From the NCBI GenBank assembly GCA_963667015.2, contig CAXXJJ010000001.1, forward strand, positions 928,001 through 992,000: DNA of 64,000 nt, given 5' to 3'. Under the pieces are notes generated by a model that worked only from the letters and a program-made list of their open reading frames with translations, made no database searches and was not told the origin of the DNA. The position numbers and the translations under genes are program-made. This document shows, in pieces, positions 19,774 through 29,379 of the stretch (positions are counted from its first letter, which is position 1; every line of letters begins with the position of its first letter). Source of the DNA: Desulfatiglandales bacterium. GTDB lineage: Bacteria > Desulfobacterota > DSM-4660 > Desulfatiglandales > HGW-15.

Positions 19774-22209
19774 ATGCCGAAAATATTTTTTTTAAACGGA
19801 GAGAAAAAAGGAAAAAGCCAGGAATTTTTTGGCAACACTGTTTATATAGGTCGCCTGACTGATAATGACATCCAGATTATGGATAGGACAGTGTCACGGA
19901 AACATCTGCGTGTCACTGTCTCCGGCAATAAGTATATTCTCAAAGATTTAAGAAGCAAAAACGGGACATTCCTGAAAGGGCAGCAGCTGCTTCCTGATAT
20001 GGATTACGAGATAGAAGAGGGAACACCCTTTGCCGTCGGAAATGTTGCATTATCCCTTGGCGTAAAATCTACCGAAGATATTTTCAGTTCACATGAACTG
20101 GCAGATCTTTCCGGTCAATTCTCCAGTACGGCTATGTTTACCGCCTTTAGGGACCGTCCTATGACACCCCCTAAAAACATGGATTTTCTCTTCAAGATAT
20201 CCAACATTATTAACCAGTCTCTTAATATCAATGAAATAATGCAGAAGGTTCTGGATTATCTTTTTGAATTACTAAAGAGGATAGACAGGGGATTTGTTAT
20301 CCTTGTTGATACCGAGACAGGCGATTTTGCCAATGTGATATCTCGTTTTGCTAAATCGGCAGGTGATGGCTCAATGTCCTACAGCTACAGCAAAACGATT
20401 GTTGACGCTGTGATCAGGAGCGGCAAACCCCTGACAATACTTGATACGTTCGGACAGGAAGATGCTGATATTTCCGAGAGCATGGAACTTATGCAGGTCA
20501 AGTCAGTTATGTGTGTACCTCTCATATGCAAGGAAAAGGTGCTGGGAGTATTGTACGTTGATTCTGTAAAAATTCCCTATGGATTTAGAGAAGAAGACCT
20601 TGCCCTTGTTTCGGCATTATGCAGTACGGCGTCAATTGCAATCGAAAACGCCACGCTTTACCGGAATCTTGAATCTGTTGTTGAAAAAAGAACCAGTGCG
20701 CTTAATGATGTCGAAAAAATGCTGAGTGAAAGCGAGAAACGTTTCAGGGCTATGTTTAACAATCTCAGCAGTGGAGTCATTATATTAAAGGTACTTGATG
20801 ACGGGAACGACTTTGTTATCCTTGATATCAACAGGGCAGACTCGAGAATAGATAAAGTAAATAAAAAGAATGCAGTAGGCAGGAGGTTCCTTGACGTTTT
20901 CCCTGAGATCGAAAGTACCGGATTTATCGAAAAATTGACAAAGGTCTGGAAAACAGGAAAAGCAGAAAGATGCTCGATAATTATAGAAAAGGATGAAAAC
21001 AGAAAAAGCTGGAGAGAATACTATATTTATACCCTCCCTGATAACGAACTTGTCGCGATTTTTGATGATATAACCGAGAAAAAACAGGCAGAGTTTGAGC
21101 AGAAAGCCCTTCAGGAACAGCTTTTTGCCTCCCAGAAAATGGAGTCCATCGGTGCCTTTGCAGGAGGAACCGCACATAACTTCAGGAACATACTTCAGGC
21201 GATATCAGGCAATGTTGAATATCTTGAGGTCGTTTATGGTGACAAACCCGAGGTAAGGGAGCTGACAAAAAATATCTATGGTTCCATTGACAGAGGTGTA
21301 GGCCTGATAAATAATCTCCTGCATTTTGCCAAGCAGGGGTGGAAGCTTGAGATGGAAGAGCTTGACCTTGCTGAAGTTATCATGAGAATCCATGAGATAG
21401 TAGAGAAGGTTTTCAGTAAAAATATTAAAATTAAAATGATACTCGAGGACGGTCTCCAGGTAAGAGGTAATTCGTCTCTGCTCAGCCAGTCATTCATGAA
21501 CCTTTTTACAAACGCGAGGGATGCAATGCCCAACGGTGGTGAACTCACTGTAAAGGCAAAAAAGGTTAATAATAAGGTTGTAGCATATATCACTGATACG
21601 GGTCATGGTATAGAAAGTGAAGTAATAGATAAAATATTTGATCCTTTTTTTACATTAAAGGAAGTTGGGTCAGGAACCGGGCTGGGGTTGTCTACAACTC
21701 ATGGTATTATTGAGCAGCATAAAGGATCTATTACCGTTTCATCAAAAGTGGATAAAGGGACTACGTTTAAAATAACCTTGCCTGTCTCCAAAGGTAAGCT
21801 TAATAAAAAACAGGAGCTGAGAGGCCAGCTTGTAAAAGGGGATGGTCAGAAAATTCTAATTATTGATGATGAAGAATCAGTTTTAGAATCTATTTCCAAT
21901 CTGGTAACACAGCTGGGGTATACTGCAAACGCAATAAGCATGCCGACTGAGGGTATAGAGGTTTATAAAATATGGCGCCCCGATCTTGTTTTGATCGATA
22001 GAAACATGCCTGAAATGGATGGAATCCAGTGTATAGAACATCTGTTAAAGCTGGACCCTGATGCAAAGATAATAATTATTTCGGGCTATGAAAGTGATGG
22101 TTCAAACGGTATCAGTGATGATATCCGAAAAACAATTAAGGGATATTTAACCAAGCCGTGCAATGCCATAGAGTTAAGCAATATGGTCTATGACGTGCTT
22201 GAGTCTTGA
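19774..22209 (+). CDS. Hybrid histidine kinase (FHA-GAF-PAS-HisKA-HATPase-REC)
   Basis: FHA GR..VSRKH..SKNGT; GAF SVMCVPL..GVLYVD; H-box AHNFRN; N, G1, F and G2 boxes; C-terminal receiver. Confidence 0.9.
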   Translation: MPKIFFLNGEKKGKSQEFFGNTVYIGRLTDNDIQIMDRTVSRKHLRVTVSGNKYILKDLRSKNGTFLKGQQLLPDMDYEIEEGTPFAVGNVALSLGVKSTEDIFSSHELADLSGQFSSTAMFTAFRDRPMTPPKNMDFLFKISNIINQSLNINEIMQKVLDYLFELLKRIDRGFVILVDTETGDFANVISRFAKSAGDGSMSYSYSKTIVDAVIRSGKPLTILDTFGQEDADISESMELMQVKSVMCVPLICKEKVLGVLYVDSVKIPYGFREEDLALVSALCSTASIAIENATLYRNLESVVEKRTSALNDVEKMLSESEKRFRAMFNNLSSGVIILKVLDDGNDFVILDINRADSRIDKVNKKNAVGRRFLDVFPEIESTGFIEKLTKVWKTGKAERCSIIIEKDENRKSWREYYIYTLPDNELVAIFDDITEKKQAEFEQKALQEQLFASQKMESIGAFAGGTAHNFRNILQAISGNVEYLEVVYGDKPEVRELTKNIYGSIDRGVGLINNLLHFAKQGWKLEMEELDLAEVIMRIHEIVEKVFSKNIKIKMILEDGLQVRGNSSLLSQSFMNLFTNARDAMPNGGELTVKAKKVNNKVVAYITDTGHGIESEVIDKIFDPFFTLKEVGSGTGLGLSTTHGIIEQHKGSITVSSKVDKGTTFKITLPVSKGKLNKKQELRGQLVKGDGQKILIIDDEESVLESISNLVTQLGYTANAISMPTEGIEVYKIWRPDLVLIDRNMPEMDGIQCIEHLLKLDPDAKIIIISGYESDGSNGISDDIRKTIKGYLTKPCNAIELSNMVYDVLES

Positions 22210-22226
22210 AGTGAGGAAGGAACAAT

Positions 22227-23630
22227 ATGATCCCTGACATTAATATCATTATACTTAAGTCAGAAAATCCCGAACAGGCAAAGACGATTGAAAGCAGTCT
22301 TAATGCCCTGACTGAGCGACCATGTATATCTGTTGATCACAGCGAAAGTATAGAGCAGTTGGATGCTCTGAAGCCTGATATGGTTATACTTGATCCATCG
22401 CTTGATCCGGATTTTTCCCTTAAGGTAATTCAGAAAATAAAGATACTTGATCCAACTACTCCAGTACTTACTTCGTCCTGCGAGTGTTTACCTGATGGAG
22501 AATTTTTTGCTGCCTTTCAGGGTGTTCACTTTCTCGAAGCCGATTGTGATCAAAAGATTCTGGAAAAGGCTGTTAATGGGGCACTTTCCTATAAGGCGAA
22601 ATATAGTCAATCAGCAGACTCCTCTTTTATCATCGGTAAAAGTAAGGGGATTGTCGACGTAAGAAGAAAAATAAAAAAAATTGCAGGTAAAGATATCACT
22701 GTTCTGGTTACAGGCGAAACAGGTACCGGCAAGGAACTGGTCGCCCGTTCAATTCATTTTCACAGCAATAGGTGTAGAGGCCCTCTTGTCAAGGTAGACT
22801 GCACCTCTCTACCTGATGAACTGCTCGAAAGCGAGATCTTCGGCTACCAGAAAGGTGCATTTACCGATGCCTACCGTGATAAACCCGGTCGTCTTGAAAT
22901 GGCAAACGAGGGCACACTGTTTGTTGATGAAATCGGGGATATTTCATTTTCACTGCAGGTAAAATTTTTACAGATATTTGAAGAAAAGGAGTTCTCAAGA
23001 CTCGGTGCAACAGCCCAGAAGGTTATTGATACAAGGGTTGTTGCAGCAACAAATGCTGATCTGTGGCAAAAGGTCCAAAAAGGAACCTTCAGAAATGATC
23101 TTTATTACCGCCTCAACATCATGCAGATAAAAATTCCACCTTTGCGGGAAAGAAGAGATGATATCCCTCTGCTTATTCACTTTTTTCTGAATAAATATTG
23201 TTTCGAATTTAAAAGGAAGGTCCCTAAAATTCCCGATAAAGTCCTGGATTTTTTGGTGTCATACAACTGGCCCGGCAACATCAGAGAGCTTGAAAATGTA
23301 ATGCGAAGGGCAATAGCTGTTTCAGACTGGGACTTTGTGCTTCAGGAACTGGATCAGACTAACAGGAATAATGATGCTGAATCCGGCCCGGGAAAAAACA
23401 TAGGATCAGCGGAACAGGATCAGGAAATCGCAGTACTTTTTAAACTGTTCAAGGAACATGAGTATGTTTTAAAAAAAATAAGCAAGGCGTATGTCTCCGA
23501 AAAGGAAAAGGAGGCTATCCTTAAGACCCTCAATTCGACCCAGTGGAACAGGACAAAGGCAGCAGACCTCCTGGGTGTGAGTTACAAGACGCTTATCAAT
23601 AGATTGCAGGAGTTTGAGTTAAAACCGTAG
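22227..23630 (+). CDS. Sigma-54-dependent activator with a degenerate receiver-like N-terminus
   Basis: GETGTGKE, ESEIFG..KGAFTDA, WPGNIRELEN, C-terminal Fis HTH. Confidence 0.92.
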   Translation: MIPDINIIILKSENPEQAKTIESSLNALTERPCISVDHSESIEQLDALKPDMVILDPSLDPDFSLKVIQKIKILDPTTPVLTSSCECLPDGEFFAAFQGVHFLEADCDQKILEKAVNGALSYKAKYSQSADSSFIIGKSKGIVDVRRKIKKIAGKDITVLVTGETGTGKELVARSIHFHSNRCRGPLVKVDCTSLPDELLESEIFGYQKGAFTDAYRDKPGRLEMANEGTLFVDEIGDISFSLQVKFLQIFEEKEFSRLGATAQKVIDTRVVAATNADLWQKVQKGTFRNDLYYRLNIMQIKIPPLRERRDDIPLLIHFFLNKYCFEFKRKVPKIPDKVLDFLVSYNWPGNIRELENVMRRAIAVSDWDFVLQELDQTNRNNDAESGPGKNIGSAEQDQEIAVLFKLFKEHEYVLKKISKAYVSEKEKEAILKTLNSTQWNRTKAADLLGVSYKTLINRLQEFELKP

Positions 23631-23678
23631 GGCAGAGGTCAGGAAAAAGCTAGAGGTCAGAAGTCAGAGATCAGAAAC

Positions 23679-23930
23679 TGGAAATCCAATCTGAACCACA
23701 AAGACGCAAAGAACGCTAAGAAAGCAGATATAGTTTATTAAACAGAAAAGTTAACATAAAGACTGAAGAGTTATTTTCGTCTTCCTGCTTTTATCTTGTG
23801 TATTCTGACTTCTGATCTGTGATTTCTGACTTCCAGTCTTTACCCGATGGCATTGTATCTTTCTGATATTTATCTAATAACCCAACAAACCCAAGTAACT
23901 CAATCAACCCTATCAACCCAAGTAACCCAA
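23679..23930 (+). repeat. Composite direct repeat, copy 1 (CGCAAAG units, TCTGAC heptamers, AACCCAA units)
   Basis: About 200 nt collinear with 24686-24887 (offset 1007; about 16 mismatches by eye). Confidence 0.9.
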
Positions 23931-23934
23931 TCTA

Positions 23935-24320
23935 TCATAACAGTACTACTCCCGGGATCTTTGAAAAATGAGGATCAAGTGTGAATATCTTACTGTTAGA
24001 TTCCAAAGCAAGGGATACTATAATAAGGTCAGTGGTCGGTATCGTAATACCTTTTCTGTGCAGATCGAATGAAATCTTTCCTGACATGATCCATGTATTT
24101 ATATTGGCTTCCAGTAATGGGAGTGCGGTGTAGTTGTTTAGAATTGCATCAAATTCTTTTTGATTTTTGCACCTTGCAATAGTTCGGTCAGAATTATTCC
24201 AGCGCCCAGAACTTTATTTTCAATAAGCATATTCTCGAGTCGGGCTCCTGTTTTTGATTCGGCTTTGTTAAAATATTCTATCCATACAGACGTATCCGCG
24301 AGAATGTCAGCTTTCATCAA
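23935..24320 (-). pseudogene. vapC: VapC/PIN-domain toxin with a 1-nt frameshift
   Basis: ADTSVWI..TELLQGA. Adding one A in an A-run near 24157-24168 continues ...KEFDAILNNY...GITIPTTDLII...TLDPHFSKIPGVVLL*. Confidence 0.85.
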
Positions 24321-24513
24321 TCTCCATCTCCCTTAATGCTTTCAGGTTATCTTCGAGATGCAGCTGACCTTTAAGCGCAAGAAGGTTTTTTACCTGTTTC
24401 TGTTTTATATATTCCTCAAGAATTATATTAACAGCCTGAGATTGATTTTTTGCACCGGAAAGCTCAACAGCTTTTTCAATTATCTCTTTTTTTAAATTAA
24501 GAGTTGTGCGCAT
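24307..24513 (-). CDS. vapB: VapB-type antitoxin
   Basis: MRTTLNL..IIEKA..LSG RHH-type N-terminus; overlaps the vapC start. Confidence 0.8.
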   Translation of the reverse strand: MRTTLNLKKEIIEKAVELSGAKNQSQAVNIILEEYIKQKQVKNLLALKGQLHLEDNLKALREMEIDES

Positions 24514-24542
24514 ATTGTACTCCTTATAAATTATGATAAAAT

Positions 24543-24570
24543 ATTATGATTATTATTTATGCAGTGTCAA
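24543..24570 (-). promoter_or_regulatory. Sigma-70-like promoter of vapBC
   Basis: Minus strand TTGACA-N16-CATAAT, 30 nt upstream of vapB. Confidence 0.55.
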
Positions 24571-24685
24571 GTATAATGATTATGTTTTATATGTTCCCGA
24601 CTTTCATAGCCTGATATATGTAGGTATGTTTCTTCACTCTTCGCTTTTTTAAATTTATCCAGTTCTTGGTACAGCGAAGATAATA

Positions 24686-24925
24686 TGGAAATCCAACCTG
24701 AACCGCAAAGACGCAAAGAACGCTAAGAAAACAGGTATAGTTTATTAAACAGAAAGGTTAGCATAAAGACTGAAGTGTTATTTTCGTCTTCCTTCTTTTA
24801 TCTCGTGTATTCTGACTTCTGATCTGTGATTTCTGACTTCAAGTCTATACCCGATGGCATTGTATCTTTGCGGCATTTATCTGATAACCTAATAAACCCG
24901 ACAAACCCAAGCAACCCAAATAACC
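24686..24925 (+). repeat. Composite direct repeat, copy 2
   Basis: Collinear with 23679-23930. Confidence 0.9.
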
Positions 24926-25102
24926 GCCTTCCTTCCAGCTTTGAGCCCTGACTTACGATTTTATCCCTTTTACCTCTACCATAATAGTTTCCCTGGCACG
25001 GCGAAGATAATAAACGAAGCCGGCTGACTTCCGGTCTCCGATCTCTTTTTTTTCTTTTCCTAATAGCCTCCAGTCTAAACCCCTACAGCCTGACTTTATA
25101 AC

Positions 25103-25294
25103 TGTGTAATGTTTTACCATTATATGGAGTTGTTTTACATTTTTATTGGGAAAAGTTTTACATATGAAGCTATAGGTGAAAAATAAATATCTTTTTTTTA
25201 AAAAAACAAAATTACTAACAGCTTGGTAATAAAGGATAAATTGGGTTATTTAGGAATGTTCCAGTTTTATTTGGTAGCTGGCACGGCAGTTGCT
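25103..25294 (+). promoter_or_regulatory. Sigma-54 promoter with a putative upstream activator site
   Basis: TGGCACGGCAGTTGCT at 25279-25294 matches the -24/-12 consensus; three TTTTAC(A) motifs at 25103-25163. Confidence 0.85.
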
Positions 25295-25419
25295 ATATCA
25301 GAAGATACATAAAAAATAGTAATTTTTTCTTCAACAAAAATAACTATATTTTTAAAATTTTATTGGTTTTAGAAACTGATTTATTAAACATATTTTATAA
25401 TTTTAAAAGGAGGAATGAG

Positions 25420-26100
25420 ATGAAAAAAATTGTATTTTTATTAATATTATTTGCGTTTTTAATAGGTGTTGTTTCTATAGCGAATGCAACCCCTACCGAG
25501 TATGAATACTATGAAACTCCCGCAGGTTGGAATGTTATAGCATCTGTATCACCTGAATCGGACTCAGCTACTCTTAATCTTTCCCATGATCATTATTATA
25601 CCTGGGAGATCGAAGATATCACACCACCACCCTACCAAATAGAATCTATCAGGATTGTTTTTGATAATATATATAATGATGTTCTTAACGATAATACTGA
25701 TTCTTTAAGTGTTTTTATTTTTGATAATGTTGATCCATATAATATGTATGATTTCCTTCCTATATGGCCAGGCTTTACTATACATGGAGATGGTAGCAAC
25801 ACTGCTTATCCCCTGTGGGATACGATGTATAATGCTACTTTTGTTGATGTTTGGCATGATCCTACTGATAGCCCCAATAACACATATGATGTTGTATTTG
25901 AAATAACTAATTCTGATTTGATTAGCTATATTACCAACGGGAATAGTTTTGGGATTGGTATTGATCCCGATTGTGCATATAAGGTAAGTGAAATTCGTGT
26001 CGAGGCTCCAGTACCCGAACCAACTACAATGCTTCTTCTTGGTTCTGGCTTAGTAGGTCTGGCAGGATTTGGACGTAAAAGATTTTTCAAAAAAGGTTAA
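25420..26100 (+). CDS. PEP-CTERM sorting-domain protein
   Basis: AGGAGG RBS, signal peptide MKKIVFLL..ANA, C-terminal VPEPTTMLLLGSGLVGLAGFGRKRFFKKG. Confidence 0.95.
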   Translation: MKKIVFLLILFAFLIGVVSIANATPTEYEYYETPAGWNVIASVSPESDSATLNLSHDHYYTWEIEDITPPPYQIESIRIVFDNIYNDVLNDNTDSLSVFIFDNVDPYNMYDFLPIWPGFTIHGDGSNTAYPLWDTMYNATFVDVWHDPTDSPNNTYDVVFEITNSDLISYITNGNSFGIGIDPDCAYKVSEIRVEAPVPEPTTMLLLGSGLVGLAGFGRKRFFKKG

Positions 26101-26110
26101 TGTTTAACTG

Positions 26111-26144
26111 ATATGAGGAAGAGATATTCTCTTCCTCATATTTT
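26111..26144 (+). terminator. Intrinsic terminator after the PEP-CTERM gene
   Basis: ATATGAGGAAGAGA-TAT-TCTCTTCCTCATAT-TTT. Confidence 0.8.
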
Positions 26145-26390
26145 CCTGAAACCCTATAAACTATAGACTATTAGACTAAAGCCATGACATCAGCTATCCA
26201 ACACTATTTGAATCCCCTTCATATTTACTGCCGTCTCAGGAATATCGGCCTGGGCAAAAGACAGGCAGCATTTATCTGTAAAATATATGAGAATATTATA
26301 TTTCGGGCTTTTATATTAAAAGAACGGGTTGGGTAAGCGTTGTTGGTTTCTATTATGTGGAGTGTAAATAAAGTGAGTAACTCTGGAGAA

Positions 26391-26564
26391 ATGCTGGAAA
26401 TCAGGGATAATGGCGGCAGACGCTCAGGCATAGACAGAAGATACTATTCATATTCAGGCCACATACCGGAGCGCCGCTGTGGATTTGATCGTCGCAAATT
26501 GGAAGATAGACGTCAATCTGCTCCGGAACAGCAGGATCTGGAGAGAAGGAAAGCGTTTAATTAG
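26391..26564 (+). CDS. Small Arg-rich protein with repeated (E/D)RR motifs
   Basis: GGAG RBS; GRRSGIDRR..ERRCGFDRR..DRR..ERR. Confidence 0.65.
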   Translation: MLEIRDNGGRRSGIDRRYYSYSGHIPERRCGFDRRKLEDRRQSAPEQQDLERRKAFN

Positions 26565-26855
26565 TCTGATAGGCTGTAGGCTATAGACTGTTAGTTTAAA
26601 ACAAAGACTTCCCAAATACCTTGAAATAACACCCTTCGATGATTACTGTTTTCAGCAATACATAATACCCAATAACAAAATTTTTTATCTGTATGCTGGT
26701 GTTCACTGATCGCTGACTTCTGCTCTCTGACATCTATTATTTTTATGTTCTTTGACATCGGGCTTTTCTTCGTGTCTTTGAGACTTAGTGGCCCCCAATC
26801 TAACATCTAATAAATATTGACAAAATATAATAACTATGTAAATCTTTGCCACATT

Positions 26856-27854
26856 ATGGAATATCCATTTATAGGCAATCATCCTTCAATACAAAAGATC
26901 AGGGAACTTGTTTCCATGGTTTCCGGCATGGCTTTAAATGTCCTTCTGCTTGGTGAAACCGGAACTGGCAAGGATGTTGTTGCCCGATTCCTTCACAACT
27001 CTTCACCACGTAAAAACAAAAAATTCATCAAGGTCAACTGCGCTGCCCTTCCGCAGTCTCTTCTTGAAAGTGAACTTTTTGGATATGAAAAAGGCGCATT
27101 TACAGGTGCTGACAAATTAAAGCCCGGGCGCTTTGAACAGGCCTCTGATGGTGTGATGTTTCTCGATGAAATAGGAGATATGCCTCTTCCACTCCAGGCA
27201 AAACTGCTGAATGTTCTCCAGAGCGGTGAATACAACAGGCTTGGCGGCTCCGAAAGTGTAAAGGTGAACTCCTGGGTCATAAGCTCAACAAATCATGATC
27301 TGAGTAAAGATATAAAAGAAGGGCTCTTCAGGGAAGATCTCTTCTATCGTCTTAATGTGATAAAAATAGAGATGCTGCCCTTAAGGGAAAGGATGGATGA
27401 TATTCCGCTGCTTACAGAATATTTCATCAGAAAAAATCAACTGGATCTGGATATCGGAAGCTTCAAAATAAACCCTGAACTTGAAAAGATTTTTTTACAG
27501 TATCCCTGGCCTGGAAATGTAAGAGAGCTTTCAACTGTTATCTTAAGGCTCATGATGGGCGATGATACTGATGCGATTAAAAATGAATTTCTCAGAAATA
27601 TGGAGATGAGTTCTTCCGGGGATTCGATCGCTTTAGAAGGGGAGATGATTACTGGCCCTTCAACTGAAAATGGGCTCACAAATAATCAAAATATTTCTCT
27701 CAAAGATATAAAGGCTGAAGCGGCTGCATATATAGAGAAAAGAGCAATCAACCATGTTCTTAACATGACACATGGCAATAAAATCCAGACTGCAAAGATA
27801 CTTAAGATAAGCTATAAGACGCTTTTTAATAAGATGAATGAATTGGGGATGTAA
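26856..27854 (+). CDS. Sigma-54-dependent activator lacking a sensory domain (AAA+ plus HTH)
   Basis: GETGTGKD, ESELFG..KGAFTGA, WPGNVREL, Fis HTH; the ORF track TTG start coincides with a TTGACA, so ATG 26856 is preferred. Confidence 0.9.
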   Translation: MEYPFIGNHPSIQKIRELVSMVSGMALNVLLLGETGTGKDVVARFLHNSSPRKNKKFIKVNCAALPQSLLESELFGYEKGAFTGADKLKPGRFEQASDGVMFLDEIGDMPLPLQAKLLNVLQSGEYNRLGGSESVKVNSWVISSTNHDLSKDIKEGLFREDLFYRLNVIKIEMLPLRERMDDIPLLTEYFIRKNQLDLDIGSFKINPELEKIFLQYPWPGNVRELSTVILRLMMGDDTDAIKNEFLRNMEMSSSGDSIALEGEMITGPSTENGLTNNQNISLKDIKAEAAAYIEKRAINHVLNMTHGNKIQTAKILKISYKTLFNKMNELGM

Positions 27855-27930
27855 GATGCTGCAGATGTCGGAAATCTGAAGTCAGAGATCAGATAATGCT
27901 GAACCGCAAAGAACGTTAATAAAATATTTA

Positions 27931-28131
27931 GACAGGATCAACAGGATAAATATTTTTTTCTCCCGGAAGAAGAACAAAATGATATCATTATTTTAATTAA
28001 TTTTTGATAAATATAAATATTGGGGAGCTTATTAAGTCTTCAATTTTCTTGCGGGTTATTGGATTCATCTTTCTCACTTTCATCCGGAAAGTGTGAAAAA
28101 ATAAAATCATGAAGATCATGTAAATCCTGTC
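27931..28131. repeat. Family A palindromic element, copy 1
   Basis: GACAGGATCAACAGGAT...ATCATGTAAATCCTGTC with two internal hairpins. Confidence 0.9.
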
Positions 28132-28182
28132 TGAGAATAATTGTTCAGCGATTAGATAAAAAAATCTCCTGGAGGAGCAAAG

Positions 28183-28782
28183 ATGAGAATAAGAACCATC
28201 ATAACAATAGTAAGCTTGATCACAATATGCGTTTTTATATTCAGCAATCTGTCGTTGGCACAGGATAGCAAGGCTGATTCAAAATCAAATGAGTCACAGG
28301 AGTATTATAAGGTCGGCGCCAACGATGTACTCAATATCTTTGTCTGGAATGAACCTGATCTGACACAGGATATCTCAGTTATGCCGGATGGCAGAATAAT
28401 ATTTCCTATGATCGGTGAAGTGATGGCAAAGGGAAGATCTGTAATTGACCTTAAGAAAATCATCACGGAAAAACTAAAAGATTATGTAAGCAATCCCGAA
28501 GTAACAGTTATGGTTCGTCAGAGCAACAGCAGGCAGATCTACACAATCGGCAAATTAAATGCTCCCGGTCCTTACCCCCTTGCTCCTGATATGACGGTAC
28601 TGCAGGCATTATCAACTGCCGGAGGCTTTACTGAATGGGCGGACACAAAACATGTAATGGTTGTACGCAGGGGAAATGATAAGGAGACAATGTTACCTTT
28701 TAATTATCAGGATTTTATCGAGGGTAAAAACCCTGCGCAAAATATACTGCTGGAACCCGGAGATACAATTGTAGTACCGTAG
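28183..28782 (+). CDS. Polysaccharide biosynthesis/export protein (Wza-like, Poly_export + SLBB)
   Basis: YKVGANDVLNI, PDGRIIFP, ALSTAGGFT and LEPGDTIVVP motifs. Confidence 0.9.
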   Translation: MRIRTIITIVSLITICVFIFSNLSLAQDSKADSKSNESQEYYKVGANDVLNIFVWNEPDLTQDISVMPDGRIIFPMIGEVMAKGRSVIDLKKIITEKLKDYVSNPEVTVMVRQSNSRQIYTIGKLNAPGPYPLAPDMTVLQALSTAGGFTEWADTKHVMVVRRGNDKETMLPFNYQDFIEGKNPAQNILLEPGDTIVVP

Positions 28783-28837
28783 CGTTGCGCATAGGGCAGA
28801 GAGCATGGTGCATAGAGTTTAAATTCTAAAATCATTA

Positions 28838-29154
28838 GACAGGATTTACAGGATTGACTGGATATAATTTTTGCTTTTCCAGAAGAAAAGCAAAAAGGTA
28901 TCATTCCTCATTTAAGGAGTTGGTGAACCAATACTTTATCCTGTAAAAAATATTGTAAGTAACCATTTTCTCTGTAACATGGAGGGTTATTCTTTCTCAC
29001 TTTCATCCGGAAAGTGAGAAAAAACAAAAATCCTGAAAATCCCTGGCCTAGACCTGGTATTGTCATAAGAGGTTTAATATTAAGGATTTTGAATAAAATA
29101 TCTGAGTGGAAATTTAATTTAAAGTCACGCCAGGGCAGGCATGTTGATCCTGTC
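28838..29154. repeat. Family A copy 2, with a nested 99-bp element at 29041-29139
   Basis: Same termini and hairpins; CCCTGGC...GCCAGGGCAGG inserted in the right end. Confidence 0.9.
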
Positions 29155-29379
29155 TAGTAGAGTTTTATGAGTTTTTAGAAGGCATTGATATTGTTTTTCT
29201 TTGTGACTTAGTGCCTTCGTGGTAATTGGTATAAAAATTGCTTTTATGGTTAAAAAGCCCATAACATGGAAAGAAAGACGTATTTTTATTATTAAATGTG
29301 TCAATATTAAAACAAAATGCCGGATTGTCGACAAGTAAATCGGTGTCTTTTAAAGCTTTTATATGTAAGGTTAGATACA

